A stretch of DNA of 64,000 nt from Macrostomum lignano (taxonomy: Eukaryota). Below are positions 26,027 through 38,003 of this stretch, piece after piece. The stretch covers positions 310,001 to 374,000 of the forward strand of contig NIVC01000424.1 of the NCBI GenBank assembly GCA_002269645.1, in the 5' to 3' direction. The notes beneath the pieces are model-generated. The model ran no database searches. It was not told where the DNA came from and was given only the letters and a program-made list of their open reading frames with translations. The position numbers were made by a program, and so were the translations under genes. Position 1 is the stretch's first letter. Each line of letters starts with the position of its first letter.

Positions 26027-29000
26027 ATGGAGCTCAGGGTTTCCAGTTCGGACATTCTGCGTCAACCTCGAGCCGTTTCGATTCAACAAGACTCGCAGCA
26101 GCAGCAGCAGCAGGACCAAGCAGAATCCAAGCACGAGTTGCCGCCAATAATCCTACGCCGATACACCCCCAGCCAGGACATCCAGCCCGAAGAGACTGCG
26201 CCCTTCGGCATCACCGAATTCGAAACAACCGCCAAAGTGAGCGGAGTCAACACGAGGAACTTCAGAACCTTCCACGTGTACAGAGACAAGCCGCCATGGA
26301 TTGAACGGCTCACGGAAACAAGTTGCCCATTCTTGAAAGTTAATAGCAGCCTCGACGATGTGATTCCGTTGAAGAATGAGCTAGATCGCAATCCGGATCT
26401 AATTGGAATATCTTTGCGGGTAAGTACTTTCCATCGATATTCGTCCTTTTTTTACCCACCCAGATCAGCGGCCCACACAGAGGGGGCAGGCGGGCCGACA
26501 CCAAATGCGAATAATGCTCCTCAAAAACTATACGAAATTGGTAACCAAGCACTATGAATGAGAGCCTACCAAGAGACAGGGGCGCCCACCAAGAGACAGG
26601 GGCGCCCACCAAGAGACAGGGGCGCCCATCAAGAGACAGGGGCGCCCATCAAGAGACAGGGGCGCCCATCAAGAGACAGGGGCGCCCACCAAGAGACAGG
26701 GGCGCCCACCAAGAGACAGGGGCGCCCATCAAGAGACAGGGGCGCCCATCAAGAGACAGGGGCGCCCATCAAGAGACAGGGGCGCCCACCAAGAGACAGG
26801 GGCGCCCACCAAGAGACAGGGGCGCCCATCAAGAGACAGGGGCGCCCATCAAGAGACAGGGGCGCCCATCAAGAGACAGGGGCGCCCACCAAGAGACGGG
26901 CGCCCACCAAGAGACAGGGGCGCCCATCAAGAGACAGGGGCGCCCATCAAGAGACAGGGGCGCCCATCAAGAGACAGGGGCGCCCACCAAGAGACAGGGG
27001 CGCCCACCAAGAGACAGGGGCGCCCACCAAGAGACAGGGGCGCCCACCAAGAGACAGGGGCGCCCACCAAGAGACAGGGGCGCCCACAAAGAGACAGGGG
27101 CGCCCACAAAGAGACAGGGGCGCCAACTAAGAGACAGGGGCGTCAACCAAGAGACAGGGGCGCCAACCAAAAGACAGGGGCGCCCACCAAGAGACAGGGG
27201 CGCCCATCAAGAGACAGGGGCGCCCATCAAGAGACAGGGGCGCCCATCAAGAGACAGGGGCGCCCACCAAGAGACAGGGGCGCCCACCAAGAGACAGGGG
27301 CGCCCACCAAGAGACAGGGGCGCCCACCAAGAGACAGGGGCGCCCACCAAGAGACAGGGGCGCCCACAAAGAGACAGGGGCGCCCACAAAGAGACAGGGG
27401 CGCCAACTAAGAGACAGGGGCGTCAACCAAGAGACAGGGGCGCCCACCAAGAGACAGGGGCGCCCACAAAGAGACAGGGGCGCCCACCAAGAGACAGGGG
27501 CGCCCACAAAGAGACAGGGGCGTCAACCAAGAGACAGGGGCGCCAACCAAAAGACAGGGGCGCCCAACAAGAGACAGGGGCGCCCACCAAGAGACAGGGG
27601 CGCCCACCAAGAGACAGGGGCCCCGACCAAGAGACAGGGGCGCCCACCAAGAGACAGGGGCGCCAACTATGAGACAGAGGCGCCAAATAAGAGACAGGGG
27701 CGCCCACCAAGAGACAGGGGCGCCAACTATGAGACAGAGGCGCCAAATAAGAGACAGGGGCGCCCACCAAGAGACAATGGCGTCTACTAAGAAATCAAAT
27801 AGCAGCGCCCCATGGGGTGGCGGTCCGCTCTAGTTAAAGATCCTGCGTACGCCACTGACCAAAATACTCGTAATCAACATTTTCTAAAATTTTATTCCGA
27901 TATACAATGCATATTGCGACTTGCGGGAGACAAATATTTAGAATTTTGGATGAGAGGATTTTCATCAGAATAATTACAATCAAAAATCAGACAGACAACT
28001 AATAAGAGATGCTGGCAGATGCACCTGATTAAGGGGTTATAGCGACGCAAAGATTGAAAGGTATCGCTGGGTCTGTCTGAAGGGCCGGACGCCATTAGAA
28101 AAGGAAAAATGAAAGAGGTACTGGGCGCATATTTTGCTGCAGTGCGAGTTTCTAAATAGAGGCAGGGGCTGTGTGCATCCTGGTGCACTATAAGTCGCAC
28201 AAGAGGCGAGAGGTGAGAGGCATTGCTGCCCATTCCGCAGACTCCCCTGAGCAGGCACACAAGCGCGCGGATACGTACGCAGTCAAACGCACAGGCACAC
28301 ACTCACACAGGAGTGTACAGCAGCCCTAACTTTATTTATAGTTAGGCATGAACACTTCACTGTGCCTTGGGGGTTGGCCCTTGAAGGCGTTAATTGCACG
28401 AGCAGAGCTAAGCCGAGATTCCAATTTAGCCTCAAATTAATGTGACTGCACTTGGAATCGAGCCTGGGCCGCTGGCACATCAAAGCGCCGCGCTAAAACC
28501 ACTGGGCTACGGCCCACCGCTACGATAGAGGCATATTTTGTCAATTGAAGTTCAAATCCTATGATGATGAGTAGTTATACATGAATAACATGAATATGCC
28601 TTATTGAATTGTTTTTCTTAAACTCAACAAGGAAGTTGACCCGCACTACATGGGTCGCAACACTTTCGTAACGGTGTCAGACGAGCGGGAGCTCTATCGA
28701 TTCACCTCGCATCGCAGTCTGGGCGTTTTCTCTCCTGACAGTGAGCTGAGACAGGCCGCCATCAGCATAGTGACCAGCCTCCACTTCCAAGCTTTCATAG
28801 TCAGCGTTATCATTCTCGACTTTCTAGCTTTGGTCTTCGCATACAGCGACGATCCGATCATCGATATTGGAACAGATTTATTTTTTGCCGTGTACTGCTC
28901 CGAACTGATCATCAAGATAATCGCCTACGGATTTATGTTCGATGAGCACTCGTTTCTGCGGAGCGGGCACAGTGTAATAGAAGTAATCGTGATCAGCTCC

Positions 29001-31534
29001 AATGTGCTGCCGATGTTTATACCGATTACTTCAATGTTCAGGTAGGTTTTTCAACGGTTTTGGTTACAGTTGTAGCTCATATTTGTAGCCTAGTTGTTAG
29101 AACGGCGGACTCACGACTGAAAGGTCGGGGGTTCGATTCTCAACTCACTCGGAACAATTTGTGTCCTTGAGCAAGACGCTTAATTCTGCATTGCTTCAGT
29201 TCACCCAGTTGTAAAATGGCCAGCATTCTGGGGTAATTGAGGGTGTGTGTGGCGACCCACAGTCTTTGGACTGAACAGCCGTACGCAGCCTTCAGATGCT
29301 CCGCGCAATAGCTGCGGCTGAGCTGTCGGTTGCACATATGGCCGTTAGGGTAGGTAAAATCAATAATAATAATTTATTTAATTCGTTCATATTACACTAT
29401 ATCTTCAGGAATTTATATCTACAAGCCTTTATATGGCGCTGTGAAGAAGCATCGAAAAAAATATTAAAATGCATACGCGAGATCTATATTTCAAGGATAT
29501 GCGAGTTAATCGGCTTTATGTGCAGATTTTTCAGCATTGGGGTCTTTGAAAGGAACCTGTGCAATTAGTTTCTAATTTGTGGCATTCTAATTTATTTTCT
29601 AGGGCTAAATTTTGGAACGGGTGTCTTTTGGATGATTAAACGGAGATTTAGAGACCTAAAAGAAGATACATGTACTAATACACACCGGATATTAAACCGC
29701 TGGAAAAAACTTATTTTTTCAAACCAAAACGCGCAGGCAACTTCGAGTCATCCGGGTGATCCGCCTGTTCCGTCTCATTGGCACGCTTCAGTTCACGCGC
29801 AAAATCATGAGAGCTGTGGTGAGCTCCATCAAGGATCTGGTGCCAGTTTTCGGGCTTTTTATGGCTCTGGTTGGATTCTTCAGCCTGTGCTCGTTGGTGT
29901 TCTACCGGCGTTCTCTGTTGGGCAAATGCGTCAACATTAACTACACTGCGATATTTGACGGTGCAGGCGACGCTGCCAGCTACGACAGCGTAGCTGCGGC
30001 CTCCAGGGTCATGCACAATCGTTTTCTCAACTGGACAGACAACACGGACAATTGGCAGCCAGGACCGTTCGGAGCCCAGCGCTGCCCAGTGATCACATCT
30101 AGTCCAAACTGGTGGACCAGCATTATTGACGATCGCCAGATGCGCAAGTGCCCGGAGCCTTACCGGTGCATGCAGACTACCACGGGCAACCCGGACATGG
30201 GCTTCAGCAATTACGACACGCTGATGCTATCAATGTTGAGCACTTTCCGCTTACTGTGCCAGGACTGGTGGGACAACCTGTTCGTTCAGTTGTCTTTAGT
30301 TAACGGTGGGCACGCAACAACGCTGTACTTCTTGGCCCTGATATTTCTAGGCTCGCACTATGTGATCAACTTAGTATTGTCTACTATTACGCTCTCATAT
30401 CAGAGAAACGAACGATCGGAAGACACTGACGAGGATGAGCTGGCTAGGATGGCCGTGCTAATGCACGTTAATAGAGACAATTACCTTCGCAGACAAGTGG
30501 AAATCTATAATGTACTGCTAGACCAACAGCGCAGTGGACTGACTGAACCAAAGTTTCTTCGAGAACTGAACGAATCTCCCGTGGGCAGGTCGCCTTTGGT
30601 GGAAGCCTACATAGACGAGTATATAAAATCCTATTCCATGCAGCCGGGGCCCAACAGTCAGATAGGCCGCAAGACCAATGTGTACCTTAACGCTCTGAAC
30701 ATGGCGACCTCGCCAGGCAAAATAGGCGTTCGTCTGCGCGGCATGGTGGTTCGAAACGGCAGCACGGATGATTTGCCAATCGATCGGTTAATCAACTTCG
30801 TCATTTTGATGAATGTTGTCGAGATGCTAGTGGTAACTCCGGTTAATATACAATCGCAACAAATTATCGAAGGCACGAACAAGCTTTATACAATAATATT
30901 CACCCTGGAAGCTATAATTAAGATTCGCTATCAGCGTACTTATTATTTGAAGAATGACATAAACCGATTTGACCTAATAATTGTATTCTTCTGTTTAATT
31001 GAGATGATGCTACCAACTAGCGGTAGCCGAATGGCAATGGTACTTCGGATGACGCGTTTTCTCCGGTTATTCAAACTGGCTCGCGTGTCCAAGGAGCTTG
31101 AGAGGCTGCTAACCATAATGTTCCAGTCGTTCAGGTCCGAGATACCCCTGATTGTTGTCAGCTTTGTAGTCATCCTGATAAGCGCTGGCATCGGCATGGT
31201 CATGTTTCAGGATGTTTACAAAAAGAATCCGCAATATTTAAGACCGACACAGAATTTCGCCGATTTATACAACAGCATTCTGCTAGTTTTTCGTATTATG
31301 TGCGGCGAATGGACAGAAAACCTGTGGGTCTGCATGAAAATTATGGAAACAGCTCCAGACAAAGGATTCTGCGTCGCTTATTTTCTCACTAATCAGATAA
31401 TAGTCAGTCTCATCATATTTCAACTCTACATTGGTATTCTGCTGAGCAAGTTCTCAGAATTTCGATCATTGTCCGCGAGCAGCAGGAGAGGGCGAGGGCG
31501 GAAGCGGAGGATGCGGGCCAAGAGAAACCACTAA
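26027..31534 (+). CDS. Nav1: Nav1-type voltage-gated sodium channel, 5' half (N-terminus, DI, DII); exons 26027-26419, 28632-29041, 29737-31534
   Basis: N-terminal DLIGISLR|EVDPHYMGRNTFVTV...YRF matches the Nav cytoplasmic N-terminus; S4s RQLRVIRVIRLFR and LRMTRFLRLFKLAR; pore loops FRLLCQDWWDNL (D) and FRIMCGEWTENLW (E). The frame ends at TAA 31532-31534 just after DII S6. Confidence 0.9.
26466..27857. mobile_element. Possible old hAT-type MITE containing a 21-bp minisatellite (CCAAGAGACAGGGGCGCCCAC)n at 26570-27775, Nav intron 1
   Basis: Ends CAGCGGCCCACACAG and rc CAGTGGCGTACGCAG (11/15 match); flanks ACCCAGAT vs ACCAAAAT (6/8). The array is certain; the element boundaries are tentative. 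Confidence 0.45.
28330..28515 (-). mobile_element. tRNA-derived SINE family B copy in Nav intron 1
   Basis: GGGCCGTAGCCCAGTGG...GGCTCGATTCC head; tail GGGCCAACCCCCAAGGCACAG...CATGCC is shared with 39310-39490. Confidence 0.6.
29080..29320 (+). mobile_element. tRNA-derived SINE family A (CORE-like central domain), near full length, in Nav intron 2
   Basis: A-box-like TAGCCTAGTTG and B-box GGTTCGATTC, followed by GTGTCCTTGAGCAAGACGCTTAA...CAGTTCACCCAGTTGTAAAATGG; homologous to the copies at 407-540 and 1487-1643. Confidence 0.75.
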
Positions 31535-31545
31535 AGCCCCTACTT

Positions 31546-33792
31546 ATGGAAAGGATTAAGGGCTTTTTAGCAAAAACTTTCGGCATTAATTTTGGCGTTG
31601 TAAGGGAGTCAGCGACGATGGGTGCTACAGATACGGCGTTCTCGCGTTTCCGAAACGCGCTGGCCGCAATAGCGAGCTACAGTTCCAGCTGGTACTCCAG
31701 GTACATAATAGCCATGACTATATTGAGTTCGGCAGCTCTAATACTCGACGATTACTATTTAAAAAGCGATCCGGGGCTTCAGAAAATATGCCAACACCTA
31801 GAAATAATTTTTTTGGTCGTGTTTGGCACGGAGGTGATCGTCAAGACTATCGCCTACGGGCCGCGCACTTATTGCAGTAGTCCGTGGCGCATAATCGATG
31901 CTATCATTGTTCTTGTCTCGCTGGTTGACGTCGTTATTAACAACATCTACACCAAGGAAGTGAACCTAGCCATGCTCAGGGTGATTAGAACTCTACGATG
32001 CCTGCGAATACTGCGCACAGCGAACGTGTGGGAGGGCTTCAAGCTCACAATCAGCGCACTATTCCGTTCGGTTGGCAGACTATTTTTTGCATTCCTCATT
32101 GTGATCATCGTCTGGCTGATGTTTGCTCTGGTGTCAACCAGCCTTTTCTCGAACAAGTTTTACAGATGCGTACACGACGGTGTAGTGTTAAATAAGACAA
32201 TAATACCAAACAAGGCGGCCTGTCTTAAAGCCAATTACAGTTGGGTCAATAAGCGAATCAACTTTGACACAACGCCGCACGCGATGCTCGCTTTACTTGA
32301 GGTGTCCGTATTTAAAGGCTGGATTGACATCCTGCAGGACATCTCCAACTCGCCTAGTGCAATCGATGATCAGCCAGAAATCAACAATAACACAACGCTC
32401 AGCGTATTGATCTACATATTATTTATTATCATCGGCTCGTTCTTCATGATCGGCATGCTCATTGGTGTGATTGTTGACAGTTTCGAACAGGAGAGGATAA
32501 AAGTAGCCAAAATAGTGCTAACTGACGGTCAGAGACGACTGCAGAACACTCTGAAGCAGTACCTCATGTTTCCACTCAGTTCAGCCAAGCCGGTGACAGA
32601 GGGTTGGCTGTCAGAACGCTTACACGGAATCATCAATACAATCTATGTGGAAGTATTCTATCTGGTGCTAATCTTAGTCAGCACTGTCATCATGGCTCTG
32701 CAATATCATCCCGGCAAAAGCAGATTGGTGCAAGTGTACTTAACTGTATTTGATGACATCATTCTATTCTGTTTTGTACTGGAGATTATAATGAAGATTC
32801 TTGGCGAAGGGTCTTACTATCTTGTGCCTCTAGTCAGCTGGAATCTGATCGACTTCCTTATCGTAGTACCGTCAGTGGTTGCGGAAGTCTGCGAAGAAGC
32901 CATCGAACTTCAATACCTTCGCGTGGTTCGTTTCGCCCGTGTCTTCCGCATGGGCCGCCTGTTGGCTCGATCAACGAACATAAAAACTGTGCGCGACATT
33001 CTGCTCGCCATGGTGGCCACCCTTCCTAGCATGTTGAACATGATCGCCCTGCTAATCATGGCAATTTGCATCTTTGCCATCGTTGGCGTCAATCTATTCA
33101 ACGACCAGGAAGGCAACATAGCGCACCCGTTCAACGAGTTGTTCAACTTTCGCAGCTTCACAGCTACCTGGAGAATTCTGTTCATAGTAAGCACGGCGGC
33201 TGGCTTCAATGACTACCTGGAAGGTACAATGCGATTCCCATATCCGTATTCTGTACTAGCTGTTGTTTTCTGGGTGTCCTACCTGTGCGTAGCCTTCTTT
33301 GTACTAACCAATCTGATAGTATCGGCTGTCGTATCCAGCTATAACGAGGTGTTTAACAATGAGGACTTCAAGACGCAGTTACAAACGGCGGAAAAATTCA
33401 CCAACCTGTGGAACGATTTCGATCAGAATGGTACAGGCAAAATGCATTCGAAGCACATAAACGAGCTGTTGGATTTACTAACCGAACCGTTGCGAATGGC
33501 CCAGCCGAATTCGGGTGTGATTAGCTACATGGAAATACCGCTCACCGACGACTATCACGTGTGCTACGGCGACGTCATCACAGCTTTAGTGAAGGAGATT
33601 ATGGAAGAAATGGGCCTGCTGGACAGCGAAACGGACGACATCAACCAGGAGATTAAACACACGGCATCCAAACCGCCATTAAATACGCAGGTGATGTACA
33701 AGTTGCGCATGGCAACTGACGTGATTAAGACTGCTTGGAGACAGAAGAAGTTGCGACAAAGTTTGGCCAAATTCAGTGAACTTCAGGACTAG
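31546..33792 (+). CDS. Nav1: Nav1-type sodium channel, 3' half (DIII, DIV, EF-hand-like C-terminal domain, IQ-like helix); one frame off the 5' half
   Basis: Pore loops LLEVSVFKGWIDIL (K) and FIVSTAAGFNDYL (A); S4s LRVIRTLRCLRILR and LRVVRFARVFRMGR; C-terminal FTNLWNDFDQNGTG...EPLRMAQPN. This frame is already open from 31393. Confidence 0.9.
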   Translation: MERIKGFLAKTFGINFGVVRESATMGATDTAFSRFRNALAAIASYSSSWYSRYIIAMTILSSAALILDDYYLKSDPGLQKICQHLEIIFLVVFGTEVIVKTIAYGPRTYCSSPWRIIDAIIVLVSLVDVVINNIYTKEVNLAMLRVIRTLRCLRILRTANVWEGFKLTISALFRSVGRLFFAFLIVIIVWLMFALVSTSLFSNKFYRCVHDGVVLNKTIIPNKAACLKANYSWVNKRINFDTTPHAMLALLEVSVFKGWIDILQDISNSPSAIDDQPEINNNTTLSVLIYILFIIIGSFFMIGMLIGVIVDSFEQERIKVAKIVLTDGQRRLQNTLKQYLMFPLSSAKPVTEGWLSERLHGIINTIYVEVFYLVLILVSTVIMALQYHPGKSRLVQVYLTVFDDIILFCFVLEIIMKILGEGSYYLVPLVSWNLIDFLIVVPSVVAEVCEEAIELQYLRVVRFARVFRMGRLLARSTNIKTVRDILLAMVATLPSMLNMIALLIMAICIFAIVGVNLFNDQEGNIAHPFNELFNFRSFTATWRILFIVSTAAGFNDYLEGTMRFPYPYSVLAVVFWVSYLCVAFFVLTNLIVSAVVSSYNEVFNNEDFKTQLQTAEKFTNLWNDFDQNGTGKMHSKHINELLDLLTEPLRMAQPNSGVISYMEIPLTDDYHVCYGDVITALVKEIMEEMGLLDSETDDINQEIKHTASKPPLNTQVMYKLRMATDVIKTAWRQKKLRQSLAKFSELQD

Positions 33793-34623
33793 TAGGACAT
33801 GCATATATCTGCAAGTTTAGATAGACAAAAAACAAGTAATACTGCTTGCGATTCACCGAGTATCTCCCTCAATCAAATAGTCCAATCACAAACCCATAAA
33901 ACTTCAATTCCCATCAGTCACTATAAAAAAGCAAATCACCCTTTATCAGTAGCTTAACCCTTCCTTATAAAAGCACAAACTTTTTCAGCACAAATACATT
34001 GCACTCGGAAGATTTAATTACACTGATTAAAAAAACAGACAGCAAAAGCAGTTTACTGTAGTCAGCAATTTTTTATTCGAATTGAAACTGTTAGAACACT
34101 ATAATCAAAAGTTTGCATACTAAACAAACGACTTGTTTTTTGTCCTTTTTTCACCGTTTTATTTGTTCTTATAATGCTTCATTCGGTGCTTAGATAACTT
34201 GAGCTTGTCACTACCGATAGCAAGATAAAAATATTAGAAAAATAGCTTCAATAATTAACCGCGAATCAGGCACTCGTACAACAAAGAAAAACTATTTCCA
34301 AATACAATGAAATTAACTAAGACGAATCATTCGATAAAGATAAATGGCAGACACAATAACAATCTCATAGAAGACACAAATAACAATCTCATAGAAGACA
34401 CAAATTGTGCACGTACAGAGTCTATTTTTTCAAAACTTAGACAATACAAAACTGTTGACAAAACCACACTGACACACAGAAACTAGAAATACACAGAAAT
34501 GAAAGAAGTTTGCTACTTGAAATGAATATGATGCACTCTCCTTGGTCTTTTGGTTGACTCTAAATTAACAATTTGAAACTTTGTACTTTGTACTTGCTTT
34601 AGTCAAGCAAAAGATCGCACAAG

Positions 34624-35082
34624 TCACAATCGACAATGCCGAGCGAGATGAACCAGATAAACCACACTAGCTGCAATTCCGCCCATATTCAACGCCATGC
34701 TAAGCCCGTGCAGACGACGGAAAGCTGTTTTATCCTTGCGCTTCAGAGCCTGACTGACCAGCGGGCCAAGGTACAGCTGGTGCAGCCAGGCGCTAGCGGT
34801 GCTGGCGCACAATACAGCCATGATTCCCAGATTGTTCTGAGCTAGGCGAGTCAAACTGAAGTGCTGCTGTGCGCTGCCTCGCAGCTGAATGTAGCTGCCC
34901 AGTAAGGCGGTGGACAGAATACTCTGAGACAAGAAGTAGCAAGGAAAAATGATAGATTGAACCTCTTGGAAAGTCTCAGATGACAGGGCCCTGAACAGAC
35001 TGGGTCCATGGACAAAGGTAACCCATAGCTGGGTGCCAAATTGGGCACCCCAGACTGACAGGTTTACTAGAGTGGATATCAT
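34624..35082 (-). CDS. TMEM205: TMEM205 (DUF4149) membrane protein, 152 aa, single coding exon
   Basis: WGAQFGTQLWVTFVHGPSLFRAL...FQEVQSIIFPCYF and FRRLHGLSMALN match the recognisable TMEM205 motifs. Confidence 0.88.
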   Translation of the reverse strand: MISTLVNLSVWGAQFGTQLWVTFVHGPSLFRALSSETFQEVQSIIFPCYFLSQSILSTALLGSYIQLRGSAQQHFSLTRLAQNNLGIMAVLCASTASAWLHQLYLGPLVSQALKRKDKTAFRRLHGLSMALNMGGIAASVVYLVHLARHCRL

Positions 35083-38003
35083 TTTAAATTGAAGCTGGTT
35101 TCTTTTCTCTAAAATAGCAAGTTTTTTGCGAGAATGATTTGGCCTGATGAATGTTCATACAAGATTTAAAACTACATATTTAGCCACTTGATGTTATTTG
35201 AGATCTGACATAAAAACATGTTAACAATGAACACACCAATAAAATAGGATTATTGCCAAAGTGAACAATTTCCTTGTTGCTAATAGCCCCACAATCCCTT
35301 TCAATTGTCTATAACTGTTAGTCATCAATAACAATTTGTAAGCCCTCTTTAGAAGTTTAAAAAAATCACTTGGTCAAATTATTCTATGGCATCATATTTG
35401 GAAAGGAAAAGCCAAAAAAATTGTTATTTGATATTATCAAAAAAACTTATAAATAAATTTAAAGGCATAGAATGGTACTCCCAGGTATTTTGATATGAAT
35501 GTTCTAGCCCTAGGCCCAATAAATGTTCCAAAAGCTAAAAAACTTCAAGTAAAGATTTTTGAAAGTTTTACCTCAACTAACATTTTGAATTGTTTAACTA
35601 AAACACATAAGTGTATGACTTCTTAATTAAGCTAAAAATATAATATATAGGAAAAAGAAAACATATATACACATATATATAGGCTAATATTCTAGAACTT
35701 TAATTATTAAGGATTATAAATTGATATATTTTGTCTATTGTCAATGAATATAGGATAAAAAGCAAGACCTTTCCCTTGCTATTTCTATAGTTACATTAGA
35801 AATTGATGGTGGATATGACCAAAAAAGGATATTGACTTAGGCCTAGTCTTAAAATGGGTGCAAATATATTAGAGTGGCACTTTAGCTATTAGATTCTTTT
35901 TATTGGGATAGCAATGAATGTATAAAATTATAAAAAAACCCTATCTCTCTTGTTTCATTAGTATTTGACCCTAGTGGGGGCAGTGATACAATATCTTACA
36001 AAGGTCAAGGTGCAACTAGACATTGTTGAAAGGGTATTCTAGAGGACAAAGATTCAAAGGAGGGGAGAGAGGGTGGCACTATGGCTTTGTATTTTGGCAA
36101 AAAATGCATGGTTTCCTTTCTAATTTTTGAAGAATCAAAATTCCTCAAAGGTTAGGCCTATGTGCCTAGGGGCCTAGGGGTCTATATTTTATCTTCAAAA
36201 GCTAGAAGTTGAATTGCCAATTGTAATTGTTATGTGATGGTGATTCTAACATAACATAAATATATAGCCTTTAGTTTATACTTTTTACTTGGTATTGGTA
36301 ATTAATTATCCACTATACTAAATTTTTTTGGCTATGTGACTAATAGGCAAGTGAAAGTTAATAATAGGCATAGCTAATAGTGTATAGTGGTAGATAGACC
36401 TTAGATCTTAGTCTTAATCTTAGGTCTAGCTAGGCCTAGTAAATTATATAGAAATTAGCCTAGTTAGACATAGACTCATATAGAGCCTAGAACAAAGAAA
36501 CATGTTAATGCTTCATTTTATACTATAGACCAAATGGATGAGTCTGTCTAATTTAAAAAGGCAGTCATGTCTCATGTGCATCTAAAAGCGATTTTTCAGT
36601 CCCAGTGGTGACATAAAATTCCATAAATAAGAGGGATAGAGTAGACTCCGCGATGACAATAGGGTTATATCTCACAGCAAGGACTACTCAACTAGAGACT
36701 CAACTCAACTAGAGAGTCTAGTTGAGTAGTCCGACCTTGTCTCACAGATGGTCGTCGTCGAAAACTTCGATTTTTGCTATATAATTTTATTACTATACCC
36801 ATATATACTAGTGTGATAGGTATTAACTTTTTTAAATACATTCTCCCCCCTAACATGGGATAGGCCTATCCCCAGTAAAAATCATGTAGCCTACGCCAAC
36901 CAACAGGCCAGTCTTATAAAATTAGCCTAGATGCACTATGGCAAAGAGATGCATTATGGTTCCCAGAAAATTATTAAAGTGAATCGGTGCCATAAAAACT
37001 ACGTTCATATGAATCAGGTGAAGTAGATGATTTTATATAAGGATCAGAATGTCTTGTTAGGATTTTTTCAATGACAATAGGTCAGGTTTTACAGGAAGAA
37101 ACTAATAAGTTACTAAGATTGTTATGAAATGGTGGATACTAAATAGATCTGAGCGCGTATATTAGAGTTGAGGATCGTGTTAAATTCCCCTTGCACGTAC
37201 CCAAGCATGCGCATGAGCATTTTCTGAATAAAAAGTAAACTAAAACTGATGCTTTCTGGAAATCGCGTAGGCTTAACTAGCGGTACTTGGTTATAAATTT
37301 TACGGAACGCCTTTTGTTGCAAAAATTATGCGTACGATGATCCATGGCAGCAGGTTACGGTGTACATGTACTTCTTTATATAGTTGTTCGTGTCAGTAAC
37401 TATAGCTACCTATCCAATGCGTCTCAAAGCTAAATATACTGATAAATTGTGAGTATTTGATTTTATTCTTGTAGCCCATCACGCCATTATCTGGTATTGT
37501 CGGCAAACGTTTGCGGAATTCGGAATGTTGAACACTGAACAGGCTGCAAAACATTTTAACGCTGCATTCGACTGCCAATATTCTACCTGTCTCCAAGATT
37601 GAAGACACCCGCGGGTGGAACTAAATGTAAATAAATAACAAGCAGTATAAGGTAATTTTGCTTTGCCCACACCCGCATCCTGCATGTCGCGAAGCTCTTA
37701 AAATTAGAGGAGAGATGAAATCCTAAATTATACATGTATGTATAGGACGTATCGTTGAGTACCTATAATATACGCGCATGCGGTGTTTAATTTCAAAGCT
37801 AGCTAGTTATCATCACAACAAGTAATTACAGCAGCTACAGTACATTGGCGCGCTTGTACATGTGTGCTCAGAAGTCAGCGGAATGGGCAGAATTGACGCG
37901 AGTTAATAAATATCGTAAAATTGTCAACAAAAATGCCAAAATTGAAGGCTTAGTTTCCCTAGTGCGTTTTTTAATCATGTATTTATTGATCAATCGCAAT
38001 GAT

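Noticed and set aside
26554-27672. 372-aa RDRGAHQETGAPTKRQGRP ORF as part of the Nav N-terminus
   Set aside because: It is a 21-bp satellite in intron 1; exon 1 splices in phase 0 to 28632, giving a canonical Nav N-terminus.
31434-31570. A small intron repairing the Nav frame break
   Set aside because: The available GT (31434, 31471) and AG sites either give lengths that do not restore the frame, are implausibly short, or cut DII S6.
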